Positions 34,820-45,191 of a stretch of DNA of 64,000 nucleotides are shown here, in pieces. The position numbers were made by a program, and so were the translations under genes. Below the pieces are notes generated by a model. That model was not told the origin of the DNA, made no database searches, and saw only the letters and a program-made list of their open reading frames with translations. The DNA is from a virus. Taxonomy: Duplodnaviria > Caudoviricetes. How positions within the stretch are numbered: the stretch's first letter is position 1; the number at the start of each line of letters is the position of its first letter. The stretch lies in the IMG/VR virus record IMGVR_UViG_3300032303_001800, positions 14,431 to 78,430 of that record. One strand, 5' to 3'.

Positions 34820-37471
34820 ATGGCTACCAGTACCGGATACATTCAGTTACCAATCACAACTGACGTCGATGCACTCATCCAGACTTCACTTCAGAACATT
34901 TCAAAAAACCTTACCGGCTGGGTACCAAGAGAAGGTAACCTTGAAGTTTTGCTAATAGAGCAATTTGCCTACATGGTTGCTGAGGCGGCCAACGTTGCGT
35001 CCGACGTGCCAAAATCTATTTTTCGTTACTTTGGCAATCTAGTCGGCATTACGCCCAAAGACGGAACCAAGTCTCAGTTGAAGGCTGCCTGGACCCTTGT
35101 CAACCCAGCCCCTACCGGTGGACAGTTTATTGCCGCGGGTTCGGTTGCGGGATTTTACTACCAAGGAAACGCTTACCAATTTCTTACAATTTCAGATGTT
35201 ACAATTGCAGCGGGAGAACGCTCGGCAGAAATTGTTATGGAGGCCTCAGAAGCGGGAATTGGTTACAATATTGACAGTTTAACTGGCTTTACAGCAGTTG
35301 GAACATACCTAACGCCTACGCCCAACAACCCACTTTTAAGCCAAGTTGCTATTACGGGTACTCCTGCTAGTAATAGCAGTTTGCTTTCTGGTGTTGACCC
35401 TGAAACTGACGCAGCATATCTTGACCGCTTGTCCGCCGAACTACAGTACTTGACTCCTCGTCCTATTACCGCAAATGACTACGCTCAGATTTCTACGAAT
35501 GTTGATGGAGTATACCGCTCGGCTGTTTTGGACGGATTTAACCCTTTTGCTAATCGTTTTCACGTTCAAGATGCCTACACGGGCCCAACTACGACTACAC
35601 CAGTTGCATCATGGGGCGTTGTAGGTAACGGTACCAACTTCCCCTCCATTGCCGCCCCCACTTCAAGTGTGCCACTGACCATCACTACGTCATCGGTTGC
35701 CCTGGGTTCCACTTACATTACAACAGCAACCACCGCTGGTGCCACCACCCTTAATGTTAAGGGTCAGATTGTGCTGTCCGCCACAACCTCGACGCCTGTT
35801 TTTATCCTTATTGAAGAAGCGGGCGCCCAAGAAATTGCTATGGTTACCGCAGTGGCATCAGTTGGTTCCGGTGGCAGCACTACCTACAACCTTACTATTG
35901 GCGGTAGCGGGCTGGTGTATCCTCACGCAGCCGCATCTTCAGGAACTTACGTTACCGCCCTACAAGGAGTTAAGACCCCCACTGTCACTGGTTTGGCTGC
36001 CAATACCGATTGGTACCAATTAGGCGCACAGGTTAAGTGTGGAACTGGAACAACCAACACGGCAAGCGTTTACGTTGCTGGACTGGCTACTTACAACGAC
36101 AATACCAAGCGTGTTTTTAGTTCTGCACCAATAAGCGGTCCTGCTCTGTTTGACCACACTAATCAAGTTAAAACTATTTTTTGCCCCGTAGACTCGCATG
36201 GAAGTTCCTCTCTAGCAAATGCTGCTTCAAGCGCTTTTACTGGAATTAAACAAAACATTTCTTCGCTACAGGCATATGTGCTCATTAAAACTACGGAACT
36301 TTCCAGAACTCACTTCATTTATACTGCTGGTTTAATGCAAACGCCGTTTAACTTTTCCGCTGGTGGCAACGAAGACTTAAACAATTCTAACTCTAAATAC
36401 AACTTTTTGCCCGACGCCACATTCAGTAGTTATAACGCAACTTCATTTTCTTCTTGGTATGTGCCCCCGTCTTCTAACCTTGTTGTTCTTCCTGGGATTG
36501 GATTGCAATTAGTTGGCACGGGCAGTGCGTCAGTTGCTGACGTTACTGTGCCTTCACAATTTTTTACATTAAGTAATATTGCAACATCAGGCACAGCAAC
36601 CACTTCGCGTCAATATACTGTTTTTGCCAACATCGACACAACTTACTGTGGTGCAACGTATGACAAAATTGCTTTAGAAATTATTGATGCAGGCTCTAAC
36701 TCAATATTGGCTACCGTTAGTCCTACTAATAACAGTATTCAGACTGTAGTAGCAACTTTTACACTTGCAAGTGCGCCAGCAACCGTTTTTGTTCGTTTAA
36801 ATTTTCAAACAGGTTTAAATGTTATTAACGGTTCAAGCATTATTATTTCTCAAATTGGCCTTCTTTCCGGTTCCCTTTCTACCGCTCAATTGCCAAGTAA
36901 GTATCAGGCTGGGTATACGTGGTCTCCTGGTGACCAATACGTTACAAACGCATATGTTGCCCCAAGGAGCGTTGCATTAGTTCCGGTCGACCAAAGCGGT
37001 CTGGCTGTTAACACTGCCGTGAACAAAACGCTTGTGGACTACCTAGAAACTTACCGAGAAATTAATTTTAACGTTTACTCGTTGAGCCCAAATTACGTTC
37101 CTATCGATGTTGTGTGGACCGGGACGGTTAATCCTGGTTACGCTGTAGGAGACGTGCAAACTGCAGGCAACGCAGCAATTCGTAAATTCCTGTCTCCCGC
37201 CAACTGGGGTGGGGGGGACCAAAGCCCTCCCAAATGGGATATAACACAAACCAATTTAACTATTCTGGACATTGCCGGTGTTTTGAGTATTGTTCCTGGT
37301 ATTGCAAACATAACGTCAATTAAAATTGCAGTAACCAGCACAACGCTTTTCCCAACAACCGTTGGAACCGGGAATGTAGGAATGACTGGTGTTGCACCAT
37401 TGCCAATTGCCAACAACGTTGTTGGAACCGTTTACTCCAATAGTTCTGACGTAGCACTGGGAAGTGTATAA
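34820..37471 (+). CDS. Baseplate wedge J-like protein with a large internal insertion
   Basis: GVDPETDAAYLDRL...RPITANDY J motif; C-terminal J-like fold; 883 aa. Confidence 0.85.
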   Translation: MATSTGYIQLPITTDVDALIQTSLQNISKNLTGWVPREGNLEVLLIEQFAYMVAEAANVASDVPKSIFRYFGNLVGITPKDGTKSQLKAAWTLVNPAPTGGQFIAAGSVAGFYYQGNAYQFLTISDVTIAAGERSAEIVMEASEAGIGYNIDSLTGFTAVGTYLTPTPNNPLLSQVAITGTPASNSSLLSGVDPETDAAYLDRLSAELQYLTPRPITANDYAQISTNVDGVYRSAVLDGFNPFANRFHVQDAYTGPTTTTPVASWGVVGNGTNFPSIAAPTSSVPLTITTSSVALGSTYITTATTAGATTLNVKGQIVLSATTSTPVFILIEEAGAQEIAMVTAVASVGSGGSTTYNLTIGGSGLVYPHAAASSGTYVTALQGVKTPTVTGLAANTDWYQLGAQVKCGTGTTNTASVYVAGLATYNDNTKRVFSSAPISGPALFDHTNQVKTIFCPVDSHGSSSLANAASSAFTGIKQNISSLQAYVLIKTTELSRTHFIYTAGLMQTPFNFSAGGNEDLNNSNSKYNFLPDATFSSYNATSFSSWYVPPSSNLVVLPGIGLQLVGTGSASVADVTVPSQFFTLSNIATSGTATTSRQYTVFANIDTTYCGATYDKIALEIIDAGSNSILATVSPTNNSIQTVVATFTLASAPATVFVRLNFQTGLNVINGSSIIISQIGLLSGSLSTAQLPSKYQAGYTWSPGDQYVTNAYVAPRSVALVPVDQSGLAVNTAVNKTLVDYLETYREINFNVYSLSPNYVPIDVVWTGTVNPGYAVGDVQTAGNAAIRKFLSPANWGGGDQSPPKWDITQTNLTILDIAGVLSIVPGIANITSIKIAVTSTTLFPTTVGTGNVGMTGVAPLPIANNVVGTVYSNSSDVALGSV

Positions 37472-38304
37472 TGACTGTCGTTTTAACTTCGGACATGGAC
37501 CCTTTAACATCCTTTCCTAGTTATAGTACCAATCAAGTTTATGGTGCCGTCCCTGGATTTATTCGTAAATGGGACTCGAGCAATTACTTCATGTTGTACT
37601 ACTTCCTTTTTGGAGCCGCCCAAATTATTGACATTATTGACTCATATAGTCGAGACAATATTGGCGTAGATGGTGTTAGGGACGTTGTTAATTACCCTAA
37701 TGCTCAAGGGTGGTCGCAAATTCTGGACACAGGATTGACGGTAAACGGTGTAGTCGAAAAACCAAACCGTGTGCCGGAAGCGGCGTTGCCTTGGCTCGGG
37801 CAATTTGTTGGGGTTCGTCTTGACCCTGCCTCCACCGCGCCTAAGTCGGATAAAATTAACAAAATTCAAACGCACTCGTCTTTTCAACGTGGGACAGTAT
37901 CGGCACTTATTTCATCTTTAATTGCGGCTTTAAATGCCCAATTAAAAAGTAGAGGTTTATCCGTAGCAATGAAACAAGTTATTGTTATGGAGCAAACGCA
38001 ATACGTCGACAGCGGTTACAACCATGCCGATTATGCATTTACTATTTTGTTGCCTAGATATTGTTTTAATCTTTTTTCGTATCAACAATTAGAAACCATA
38101 GCAGATACTCAAGATATTAACGGAAATATCACCTACAACACTCGATATAGCGACGTTGAAACTTACGTTCAAAGTATTGGTGGCGCCTCTGGTTCCTATT
38201 CAGGGTTGAACCCCAGCACCACCCCAACGACAAACTCAAAAGTAACATCGTACATTTACCGTTACCGGCCAGCCGGTTTGATTATTTATATCGGAGGATA
38301 TTAA
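37471..38304 (+). CDS. Baseplate wedge I-like protein
   Basis: PEAALPWLGQFVGV...QRGTVSAL...YRPAG. Confidence 0.75.
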   Translation: MTVVLTSDMDPLTSFPSYSTNQVYGAVPGFIRKWDSSNYFMLYYFLFGAAQIIDIIDSYSRDNIGVDGVRDVVNYPNAQGWSQILDTGLTVNGVVEKPNRVPEAALPWLGQFVGVRLDPASTAPKSDKINKIQTHSSFQRGTVSALISSLIAALNAQLKSRGLSVAMKQVIVMEQTQYVDSGYNHADYAFTILLPRYCFNLFSYQQLETIADTQDINGNITYNTRYSDVETYVQSIGGASGSYSGLNPSTTPTTNSKVTSYIYRYRPAGLIIYIGGY

Positions 38305-39264
38305 ATGAACCACACTTCACGACTTAACATTCCATACCCCGCCACTACGGACCAGGCAAACATCTCTAGCGACATGGGCAACATTGCCTTGGCTATTGAC
38401 GGCGCGACCATTTATCATCAAACCGCCAGCGGGGCAACCACCCCCTCTGGGGCCATTGGCGACATTTGGTGGTGCAGCGACCTTACAAACACCAACGGTT
38501 ACTACGGTTTGAACTATTACGACGGGACCTCGTGGCGTAACCTTGGGCCCGATGTTGTCTCATCGTCAACAACTCCAAGTGCACCTTTCCCGGGTTTGGT
38601 TTGGATTAACCCTAATGGCACCATCCAGGTATATCAGTCTGGTGCGTGGACCAACCTTATTGCTTATAAAATTCCGCTTGCAACAACAGATGGTCAGTTT
38701 CTTCAGTACAGTTCGGGACTTGGTGCGCTTCAGTGGGCTACTATCAGTACTGTTCCTACTGGTGCAACCGCCGGGCAAATACTTCAATATAATGGTTCTG
38801 CAAATGCTTGGCGCAACCCACCCGCCATTGTTGCGGGGTATGTTGCTACCGCAGGCGTTAACATTTCTACAAGTGGTGCCACGCTTGTGCCATCATCCTC
38901 TATGAGCGGGACGCTTACTGGATTTACTCAATATCTATTGTCTGTCAATTTTGACACCAATGGCGGCACCTACACCACACAAATCCAGGCAGGTCAACCC
39001 TCAGTGCAGGCCGGCACCAAACCCACGGTAAACGGTGCGGTGATTGTTGACTTTGCCGCCACGCCAACGGGTGGCGGGGCAGTTATTCAAGAACGTGCTT
39101 TTGCTGGTACTTTTATTGCAAATATTGATAGCGGTGGCACTGCAACAGCAGTTATTAACACGGCCATCTCTACAACGGTTTATGCATTTAGCGTCCTCGC
39201 TGCTACCACCGTCGGCAGTATGATAGTTAAAAACGGTCAATTCAGCGTTACCGGAATCAAGTAA
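38305..39264 (+). CDS. Tail fibre / minor tail protein
   Basis: TSRLNIPYP..TD start typical of actinophage tail proteins; GDIWW, YYDGTSW. Confidence 0.75.
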   Translation: MNHTSRLNIPYPATTDQANISSDMGNIALAIDGATIYHQTASGATTPSGAIGDIWWCSDLTNTNGYYGLNYYDGTSWRNLGPDVVSSSTTPSAPFPGLVWINPNGTIQVYQSGAWTNLIAYKIPLATTDGQFLQYSSGLGALQWATISTVPTGATAGQILQYNGSANAWRNPPAIVAGYVATAGVNISTSGATLVPSSSMSGTLTGFTQYLLSVNFDTNGGTYTTQIQAGQPSVQAGTKPTVNGAVIVDFAATPTGGGAVIQERAFAGTFIANIDSGGTATAVINTAISTTVYAFSVLAATTVGSMIVKNGQFSVTGIK

Positions 39265-39274
39265 GGAATAATTT

Positions 39275-39826
39275 ATGCCTATTTTAAAACCCGACATGCG
39301 CGCCAATATTGTGCAAACTGCTCGTATTATGGCCGCCAACAAAGGCGGCGGTCACATGCATTACACCCAGGACCTGTCTAAGCGCATGGCTTTTGAGCAT
39401 TTAAATCAATTGGTTTGGCCCATTGAAACCGACTGTTCAGGCTGGTACACAATGCTTTATTACGTCAATGGCTGCCTTGACCCCAATAAGGCCGGCTACC
39501 GTGGATGGGGTAACACCGCTACGTTAATCACCGGCGGTAAGCAAATCCCGATGGCCAAGGTTCGCCCCGGTGATGCTGTTATTTACGGTCCCGGTGGCGG
39601 AGACCACGTTGCTATTGTTGTTGAAGTACATGGCACCAATATCATGACGCTCTCCCACGGTAAAGAAGGCGACCCCAGTTATGTTTGGGTTAACAAGCCA
39701 ACCGGACTTATTCTTCCTCAAAATCAGGGCGTTAAGGCCGTTGACGGGCGTACCCCGCAGCGTTTCTTTACATACGACACTATCCAGCGCCGACCCAAAG
39801 TTGGTTTGCCTCCCATGAAGGCATAG
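39275..39826 (+). CDS. NlpC/P60-like cysteine peptidase (putative endolysin)
   Basis: TDCSG catalytic Cys, RPGDAVIYG, DHVAIV His, SHG. Confidence 0.8.
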   Translation: MPILKPDMRANIVQTARIMAANKGGGHMHYTQDLSKRMAFEHLNQLVWPIETDCSGWYTMLYYVNGCLDPNKAGYRGWGNTATLITGGKQIPMAKVRPGDAVIYGPGGGDHVAIVVEVHGTNIMTLSHGKEGDPSYVWVNKPTGLILPQNQGVKAVDGRTPQRFFTYDTIQRRPKVGLPPMKA

Positions 39827-39832
39827 TGCGTT

Positions 39833-40222
39833 ATGTTAGCAAATTTGCTTAACTCAGCAAACTTTTGGTTTACATTTATTTCGTCAATTTTTCTGGTATG
39901 CGGTGGTGTGTGGGGTCTTGTTAAGGGCTACCACCAATTTGTTGCTCACATTGTTGAACAACGCAGGCATGAACAAGAATTGACCAGTAATATTCATCAA
40001 CTTCAAACGGAACAAACTCAACTCAGGACAGAACTGCATACCATTAGCAAGGACATTACTCCCAACGGTAAAAATACTCAACGACTTGGCGACATTGTTG
40101 CTCGGTCTGAGGAAAAAATTGACAATTTGACGGACTTTATAACCCGCTATGCGGAAAAAGTTGACAGTCTTGAACAAAAATTAGCCAAGCATATTGGTTA
40201 TCACGAAGGCGCAGACCTTTAA
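39833..40222 (+). CDS. Putative holin-like membrane protein
   Basis: Single N-terminal TM helix plus coiled coil; adjacent to the peptidase. Confidence 0.55.
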   Translation: MLANLLNSANFWFTFISSIFLVCGGVWGLVKGYHQFVAHIVEQRRHEQELTSNIHQLQTEQTQLRTELHTISKDITPNGKNTQRLGDIVARSEEKIDNLTDFITRYAEKVDSLEQKLAKHIGYHEGADL

Positions 40223-40256
40223 CAATGGCATTAAATAAAAGGCTGGAGGCCAAATA

Positions 40257-40979
40257 ATGCAACGTACTGCAGGGATGAAGGGAATGGAAGTAGGGGACCC
40301 AATTGCCATTGGCACCCTGCAGGAATACGTAAGAGGCTCATTAATTGTGCCGCCGCAATCGTTTGATTACGCCAAGAAAGTAAAAAACTTTCCTTTAGCG
40401 TTAAACGATGTCTTAAACAACTGCACTATTGCCAGTGCCATACACCTACTACAATTGGCTTACGCTGAAGTTAGCGAAATTTTTGAATACCCCGGCGACG
40501 ATGTTGTTGCAGAAACTTATCGCAATCTTGCCGTTGACGGTAACGGGCTTGTTGAGCGAATTGTTCTTGACCATTGGATGCGTCAGGGACTTTTTAACAC
40601 AAAAATTATTGCATATGCCCCGGTTGATATTAAAAACCGAAAAGAAATGACCGCCGCAATTTATGCTTTTGGCGGTTTGCTATTGGGCGTTCACATGACC
40701 GAGGAAACCGAACGTCAATTTACGACTGGGAATGCTATTAGTTTAACCGGCAAGGAACAAGGAATTATTGGCGGTCACGCTATGGTTGCCACTGGCGCCA
40801 GCCCCTCCGGAATGGGCGTTGTCACCTGGGGGCACAAAGAACATATGACCTGGGACTGGTGGGACAAATATGCCCACGAAGCCTGGGCAATTATACCTGA
40901 AGTTTTTGTCGAGGCTGACCACGGTCCAATATGGAACGTTGACATTCTTGGACTGCGACATGATTTGGAGAACTTATGA
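40257..40979 (+). CDS. Papain-like cysteine peptidase
   Basis: ND.LNNCTIA (Cys), GGHAM (His), VTWG. Confidence 0.65.
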   Translation: MQRTAGMKGMEVGDPIAIGTLQEYVRGSLIVPPQSFDYAKKVKNFPLALNDVLNNCTIASAIHLLQLAYAEVSEIFEYPGDDVVAETYRNLAVDGNGLVERIVLDHWMRQGLFNTKIIAYAPVDIKNRKEMTAAIYAFGGLLLGVHMTEETERQFTTGNAISLTGKEQGIIGGHAMVATGASPSGMGVVTWGHKEHMTWDWWDKYAHEAWAIIPEVFVEADHGPIWNVDILGLRHDLENL

Positions 40980-41494
40980 TTAAAAACTCTAGCATTCGTC
41001 CTGGTGATGCCGTTTTTGCACACACCCGCAATGTTTACGGTGTTGTTATTCGCTTTGGCCAAGCACTTCGTTGGTGGAAATACCGTTCTTGGAACCACAT
41101 GGCCATTGTCAGCAAAATTGACTCCAACGGTCAAATTTGGGTAATTCAAATGGCTCGTCGTTGCGAAGAAGTAAAACTTGAAGACGTAGCACCCAAGGGC
41201 AAACTAAAATTTGTAGAAATACCCGAAGAAGTTAGCCGTATTAACTCTGTAGAATATGCTTACAAAAAACTGGGCACAAAGTATGGCATACTTACTATTG
41301 TTAGCATTGCCATTAATCTTGCTTTACCCAAGCAAATTGTGTTTGATGTTCGCAGCAAAGGAACTCTTATTTGCTCAGCCCTTGTAGCAAAAGCCTGGGA
41401 ACATGGAAACTGGGATTGCCCGGTGGACTCTGGACAAATTACTCCAGCCGAATTTGACGGAATCATGGGCGGCGTAGGTAACGAACTCCGATGA
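40976..41494 (+). CDS. Permuted papain-like amidase (YiiX/YebB type)
   Basis: RPGDAVF, WNHMAIV (His before Cys), LICSALVAKAW. Confidence 0.75.
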   Translation: MIKNSSIRPGDAVFAHTRNVYGVVIRFGQALRWWKYRSWNHMAIVSKIDSNGQIWVIQMARRCEEVKLEDVAPKGKLKFVEIPEEVSRINSVEYAYKKLGTKYGILTIVSIAINLALPKQIVFDVRSKGTLICSALVAKAWEHGNWDCPVDSGQITPAEFDGIMGGVGNELR

Positions 41495-42147
41495 GCCAAC
41501 CAGTTGATTTTACAATCGTACAAACACCTGCAATGGGTGTAAAAATTGCAACATTTCCCCTTGAAAGTCACTCTATGTATATGCGTCCGCCTTATCAGTT
41601 CCCTCAAGGTACCAAATTCCGCATCAAAGTATCTCCTCCGTTTACTGATGCTAACGGCATGCCTGTAACTCCAGACAAGGTAAAATTAGGGTTTCAAGTT
41701 AATGACGACCCGGCTACTCTTACCACGTTTACCTATACACAGGGAACCGGTGACCCAACCAACACCATCATTAAGCCAACCTTTACCGGCACTTTGACTA
41801 AGAATTCTAATCTTATTACCAATGTTTCCGATATTTCTGGCGGTGTAACGGGTGCCATTATTACTTGTGGTCAAAGTGGTTTTGTTAGCGGTTCCGTAGT
41901 GACAAGTTGCAACTATAACCCTAACACTATTGAACTATCTCAAGTTTACTTAGGAACAACCATTAACAGCGTTTCCTTTGGCACAGTAGGAGTTTACTAC
42001 GCCGATATTGACACATCTTTGTATACTGCTGGTTCGTGGAATGTTTCAGTTGCTTGCACCAATGTAACCGGTGGCGCTGATGCCAGCAAGACAAAAACTC
42101 GTCAAAATTTTAGCCTAACAGTCCTAAACAATCCATTTGTGCTATAA
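41491..42147 (+). CDS. Probable virion structural protein
   Basis: Beta-rich Thr/Gly sequence; TGTLT..SN.ITNV motif. Confidence 0.6.
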   Translation: MSQPVDFTIVQTPAMGVKIATFPLESHSMYMRPPYQFPQGTKFRIKVSPPFTDANGMPVTPDKVKLGFQVNDDPATLTTFTYTQGTGDPTNTIIKPTFTGTLTKNSNLITNVSDISGGVTGAIITCGQSGFVSGSVVTSCNYNPNTIELSQVYLGTTINSVSFGTVGVYYADIDTSLYTAGSWNVSVACTNVTGGADASKTKTRQNFSLTVLNNPFVL

Positions 42148-42155
42148 TTCTTAGC

Positions 42156-42392
42156 ATGAAGGGAACGGTGATGGTCAAGGTTGATTTGTCTGAATTTATT
42201 CGAGTAAAAAAATGTTTGGTTGGTTCGTTAGAACTATCCGAAGAACAATGGAAAAAACTGAACGCCGCATTGGCGTATGCAGTTGAGGAAATTCCTACAA
42301 CTGAAATTATGAGAGTTCTTGGGACGTGGGGCTTTAAAGTAAAGCGGACCACGCTATCCGAGCACCGGAGGCAGGTTTGTTGTTGTGAGTGA
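42156..42392 (+). CDS. Small protein coupled to the phosphoesterase gene
   Basis: ORF track; overlaps the next gene. Confidence 0.7.
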   Translation: MKGTVMVKVDLSEFIRVKKCLVGSLELSEEQWKKLNAALAYAVEEIPTTEIMRVLGTWGFKVKRTTLSEHRRQVCCCE

Positions 42393-43542
42393 TGTAAGCG
42401 AATTTGTAAGCGGTGCTAAAAAGAAAAAGGCTACTCTCGAGCAGATTGCCGGTATTCTTGAGCGCAATGGTATTGACATTGAGGACATTGGCTCCGTAAG
42501 CCGCATTAATATTACGGAAAAGTTGACTAAGGGTCAAGACGGTGAGGTTGTTCAGTCTGCCTCTCATTCCATTACTCTTAGCCCCAAGTGGGAAGAGGGT
42601 CCGGCATGGCCAACCATTCAGCAGGCTAAACCAACCGTAATTAAATTCTCATCAGCAAAGTCCACGAAAACCACAGGCGCCAAGACAACCGTAATACTTC
42701 CAGATACTCAGATTGGTTACCTTCGCACCACCGACGGTGAATTGATTCCGATGCACGACGAAGATGCAATGGCTGTAGGTATCGAGATAGTCAAGGCAAT
42801 GAAGCCTGACGTGATTATCAACCTTGGCGACTACCTTGACATGAGCGAGTGGTCTTCTAAGTTCACCGTTTACCCAGAGTTTGTATTGACGACACAGGCC
42901 GCCTTAGACCGCGGCCACGAATACCTTGCCGAACAGCGTGCCGCCGTTGGCCCCGATGCCGAAATTTATCTTCTTGGTGGCAACCACGACAATCGGCTTG
43001 AACTGGCAGTCGCAAGAAACACAATGTCTGCATTGCGTCTTCGACAGGCCAAGGCCCCTGAATCATGGCCGGTTCTCTCCATACCTTTTCTGCTTCGCCT
43101 GCAGGACTTAAGCGTTACCTATGTTGGTTCATACCCAGCAGGCCGCATCAAGTTGGCTGAGGCGCACGGCGAACAGACTCCCCTGTACGCTTTGCACGGT
43201 GAGAAGTTGGACATGAAGAAGCAAGCAAATTCAGAACGTCAAAGCACCATCCAGGGCCACACACACCACGTTTCCATGCATTGTGAAACTTACGAAATCG
43301 ATGGGCAGGCTCAACAAGTTCAATCTTGGACCCTTGGCTGTCTTTGCCGCATTGACGGTGCCGTACCCTCTACTAGAGGCGGTATGGATGAATTTGGACG
43401 CCCTTATAAGCGTCAAGAATCATGGCAACATGCAGTAGGCGTTCTCACGGAAACCGAAGATGGTTGGTGGATTGAACCCATCATGGTCCACGATGGTGTA
43501 GCATTGTTCCGTGGAAAAAAATACAGCGCTCATGGGGCGTAG
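42385..43542 (+). CDS. Calcineurin-like metallophosphoesterase
   Basis: LPDTQ, NLGDYLD, GGNHD, LHG, QGHTH motifs. Confidence 0.88.
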   Translation: MSDVSEFVSGAKKKKATLEQIAGILERNGIDIEDIGSVSRINITEKLTKGQDGEVVQSASHSITLSPKWEEGPAWPTIQQAKPTVIKFSSAKSTKTTGAKTTVILPDTQIGYLRTTDGELIPMHDEDAMAVGIEIVKAMKPDVIINLGDYLDMSEWSSKFTVYPEFVLTTQAALDRGHEYLAEQRAAVGPDAEIYLLGGNHDNRLELAVARNTMSALRLRQAKAPESWPVLSIPFLLRLQDLSVTYVGSYPAGRIKLAEAHGEQTPLYALHGEKLDMKKQANSERQSTIQGHTHHVSMHCETYEIDGQAQQVQSWTLGCLCRIDGAVPSTRGGMDEFGRPYKRQESWQHAVGVLTETEDGWWIEPIMVHDGVALFRGKKYSAHGA

Positions 43543-43789
43543 AAAAAAAGAACTACCGCCTACAGACAACACGTCAGTAATGGCGACAATGCAAAGACGT
43601 GAACCTGACAATCAGTTTGCCGTTTGCCCCGTATGCAACCAATGGGCGTTGCTCTGGGACCTAGACGGTAAGGTAAACTTCTACTCAGATATGCACCCAA
43701 TGGGGTGCTGGGACTCTGTGGCGGGAAGAAAAGTTTTATCAGACAACAAGCGCACCGGAGCGGCAAAGACTAACGTCAGTCTTTTTTAA
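43511..43789 (+). CDS. Hypothetical protein
   Basis: ORF track; CPVC; start uncertain. Confidence 0.55.
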   Translation: MEKNTALMGRRKKELPPTDNTSVMATMQRREPDNQFAVCPVCNQWALLWDLDGKVNFYSDMHPMGCWDSVAGRKVLSDNKRTGAAKTNVSLF

Positions 43790-44099
43790 ATTCCTGCCAA
43801 GCATCGTCCTCTGAAGTACCTGATGAAAGCCATTTTTTACGGTCTTCCTGCGAGGCTCCGCCCCAGATACCATATTCGACTTTGTTCTCCAGAGCGTATT
43901 TAAAACATACGTCCTGTACGGGGCAAGTATTGCAGAGTGCTACCGCCTTCTTAGCGAGGTGAGATTTCCCCTGACCGGGGAAGAAGTTTTCCAGACCGCT
44001 ATCAAGACAAAGTCCATCAAAATAAAACGAGGGCCTCATGCTGTCGACAAGGCGCATGAACATCAGCATCTCGTATTCTTCAAATGAACTAGCGCGCAT
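43776..44099 (-). CDS. whiB: WhiB family Fe-S transcription factor
   Basis: Four Cys (GLC...CNTC..QDVC), FFP, GIWGG. Confidence 0.92.
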   Translation of the reverse strand: MRASSFEEYEMLMFMRLVDSMRPSFYFDGLCLDSGLENFFPGQGKSHLAKKAVALCNTCPVQDVCFKYALENKVEYGIWGGASQEDRKKWLSSGTSEDDAWQEFKKD

Positions 44100-44100
44100 G

Positions 44101-44247
44101 TTAAGCAGCGTAGCGTTCTACAATATGAAGGTGTGCCTGCACTCTTGCTTCATTCTGGGATTCTATTTTCTTCGACCAGTAGCAAGAGCATGCTACTTCG
44201 AACCCACCCTTCATTAAGGGTGTTATTTGAACGTAATGAACTTTCAT
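44101..44247 (-). CDS. 48-aa hypothetical protein
   Basis: Hand translation MKVHYVQITP...; ATGA overlap with the HNH stop. Confidence 0.5.
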   Translation of the reverse strand: MKVHYVQITPLMKGGFEVACSCYWSKKIESQNEARVQAHLHIVERYAA

Positions 44248-44630
44248 TCCCATGACCATTTTCTAAATCCTCGTCTATGCGCTTCTTGCGGGTAATTGTC
44301 TATCTGCATGTGACAATAACGGCATACCGCTAGGTATTCGCTTTCGTCACCACCAACTATCTTGCCGCCAGCGCTTCGCGGTTTAATCTCGTGGACATCG
44401 ACAGACCTTTCAAAACAATTGTTATTCCAATAAACTTGGCATAACGGGTGTTCCGATAAAAACTTTTCTACAAAGGGCCGACGCTCTTTATAAATTTGCT
44501 CCATTTTTTTGGAGCGGGGCTTGAGCGCACTACGCGTCTTGAGCCCTTTTTTGCTTTTCAGCGACGTTCGCGACTGAAGCGGGGTCTTGGTCTTTAGGGC
44601 CTTGCCCCGCTTCAGCGGTGAACGCTTCAC
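44244..44630 (-). CDS. HNH endonuclease-like protein
   Basis: CQV...C....DVHE..PRS.GG.......LAVCRYCH..I. Confidence 0.8.
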   Translation of the reverse strand: MKRSPLKRGKALKTKTPLQSRTSLKSKKGLKTRSALKPRSKKMEQIYKERRPFVEKFLSEHPLCQVYWNNNCFERSVDVHEIKPRSAGGKIVGGDESEYLAVCRYCHMQIDNYPQEAHRRGFRKWSWE

Positions 44631-44806
44631 TAGAGATAATAGTGAATGAGTTGTTCTTGAAGAACTGAAATCTGCCGATGAGCATCCGACAGTTGGGAAC
44701 GAAGACTTATCACTTCATCTTTCAAGTTGTCAACCCACAAATAAAGTTCGTGAAGTTCAACCTCTAGTTCATGTGCGTAATCGCCCATTGCATCATCATA
44801 GGACAT
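44630..44806 (-). CDS. 58-aa coiled-coil protein
   Basis: Hand translation MSYDDAMGDYAHELE...; GGAGG RBS. Confidence 0.6.
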   Translation of the reverse strand: MSYDDAMGDYAHELEVELHELYLWVDNLKDEVISLRSQLSDAHRQISVLQEQLIHYYL

Positions 44807-44807
44807 T

Positions 44808-45191
44808 TCAGCCTCCTGATTCTCGGTACGAAGCCATAAGGCTACGTAGTGACTCTTGGTTACTGCGTGCAGTCAAAATAGCCTGCTTAGTAGCATCGTG
44901 CTCTGCCCGCAAACCCTCGGCTTTACGCCGAAATTCTACAGTTGCCATTACAGCGATGTCTTCTGCCATGTCTGCTGTTACCTTCATGCCGTGTTCACCA
45001 CTAACGCGAGCCTCATAGCGTGCTATGTGAAAGTTGGCTTTGTGGTCGGCTTCGGCGGCTGACATGTCTCTCGCAAGTTCAGCAAGGCGCTCAGTCATTG
45101 ACTCCTGATGGTTCATAAGACGAATCATTTCGTTTTCGATGTCAACGTAACTAAGCGTCTTGCCAGACTTTGCTTGGCTTTGTAGGCCCAT
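44808..45191 (-). CDS. Helical hypothetical protein
   Basis: ORF track; coupled to ssb. Confidence 0.75.
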   Translation of the reverse strand: MGLQSQAKSGKTLSYVDIENEMIRLMNHQESMTERLAELARDMSAAEADHKANFHIARYEARVSGEHGMKVTADMAEDIAVMATVEFRRKAEGLRAEHDATKQAILTARSNQESLRSLMASYRESGG

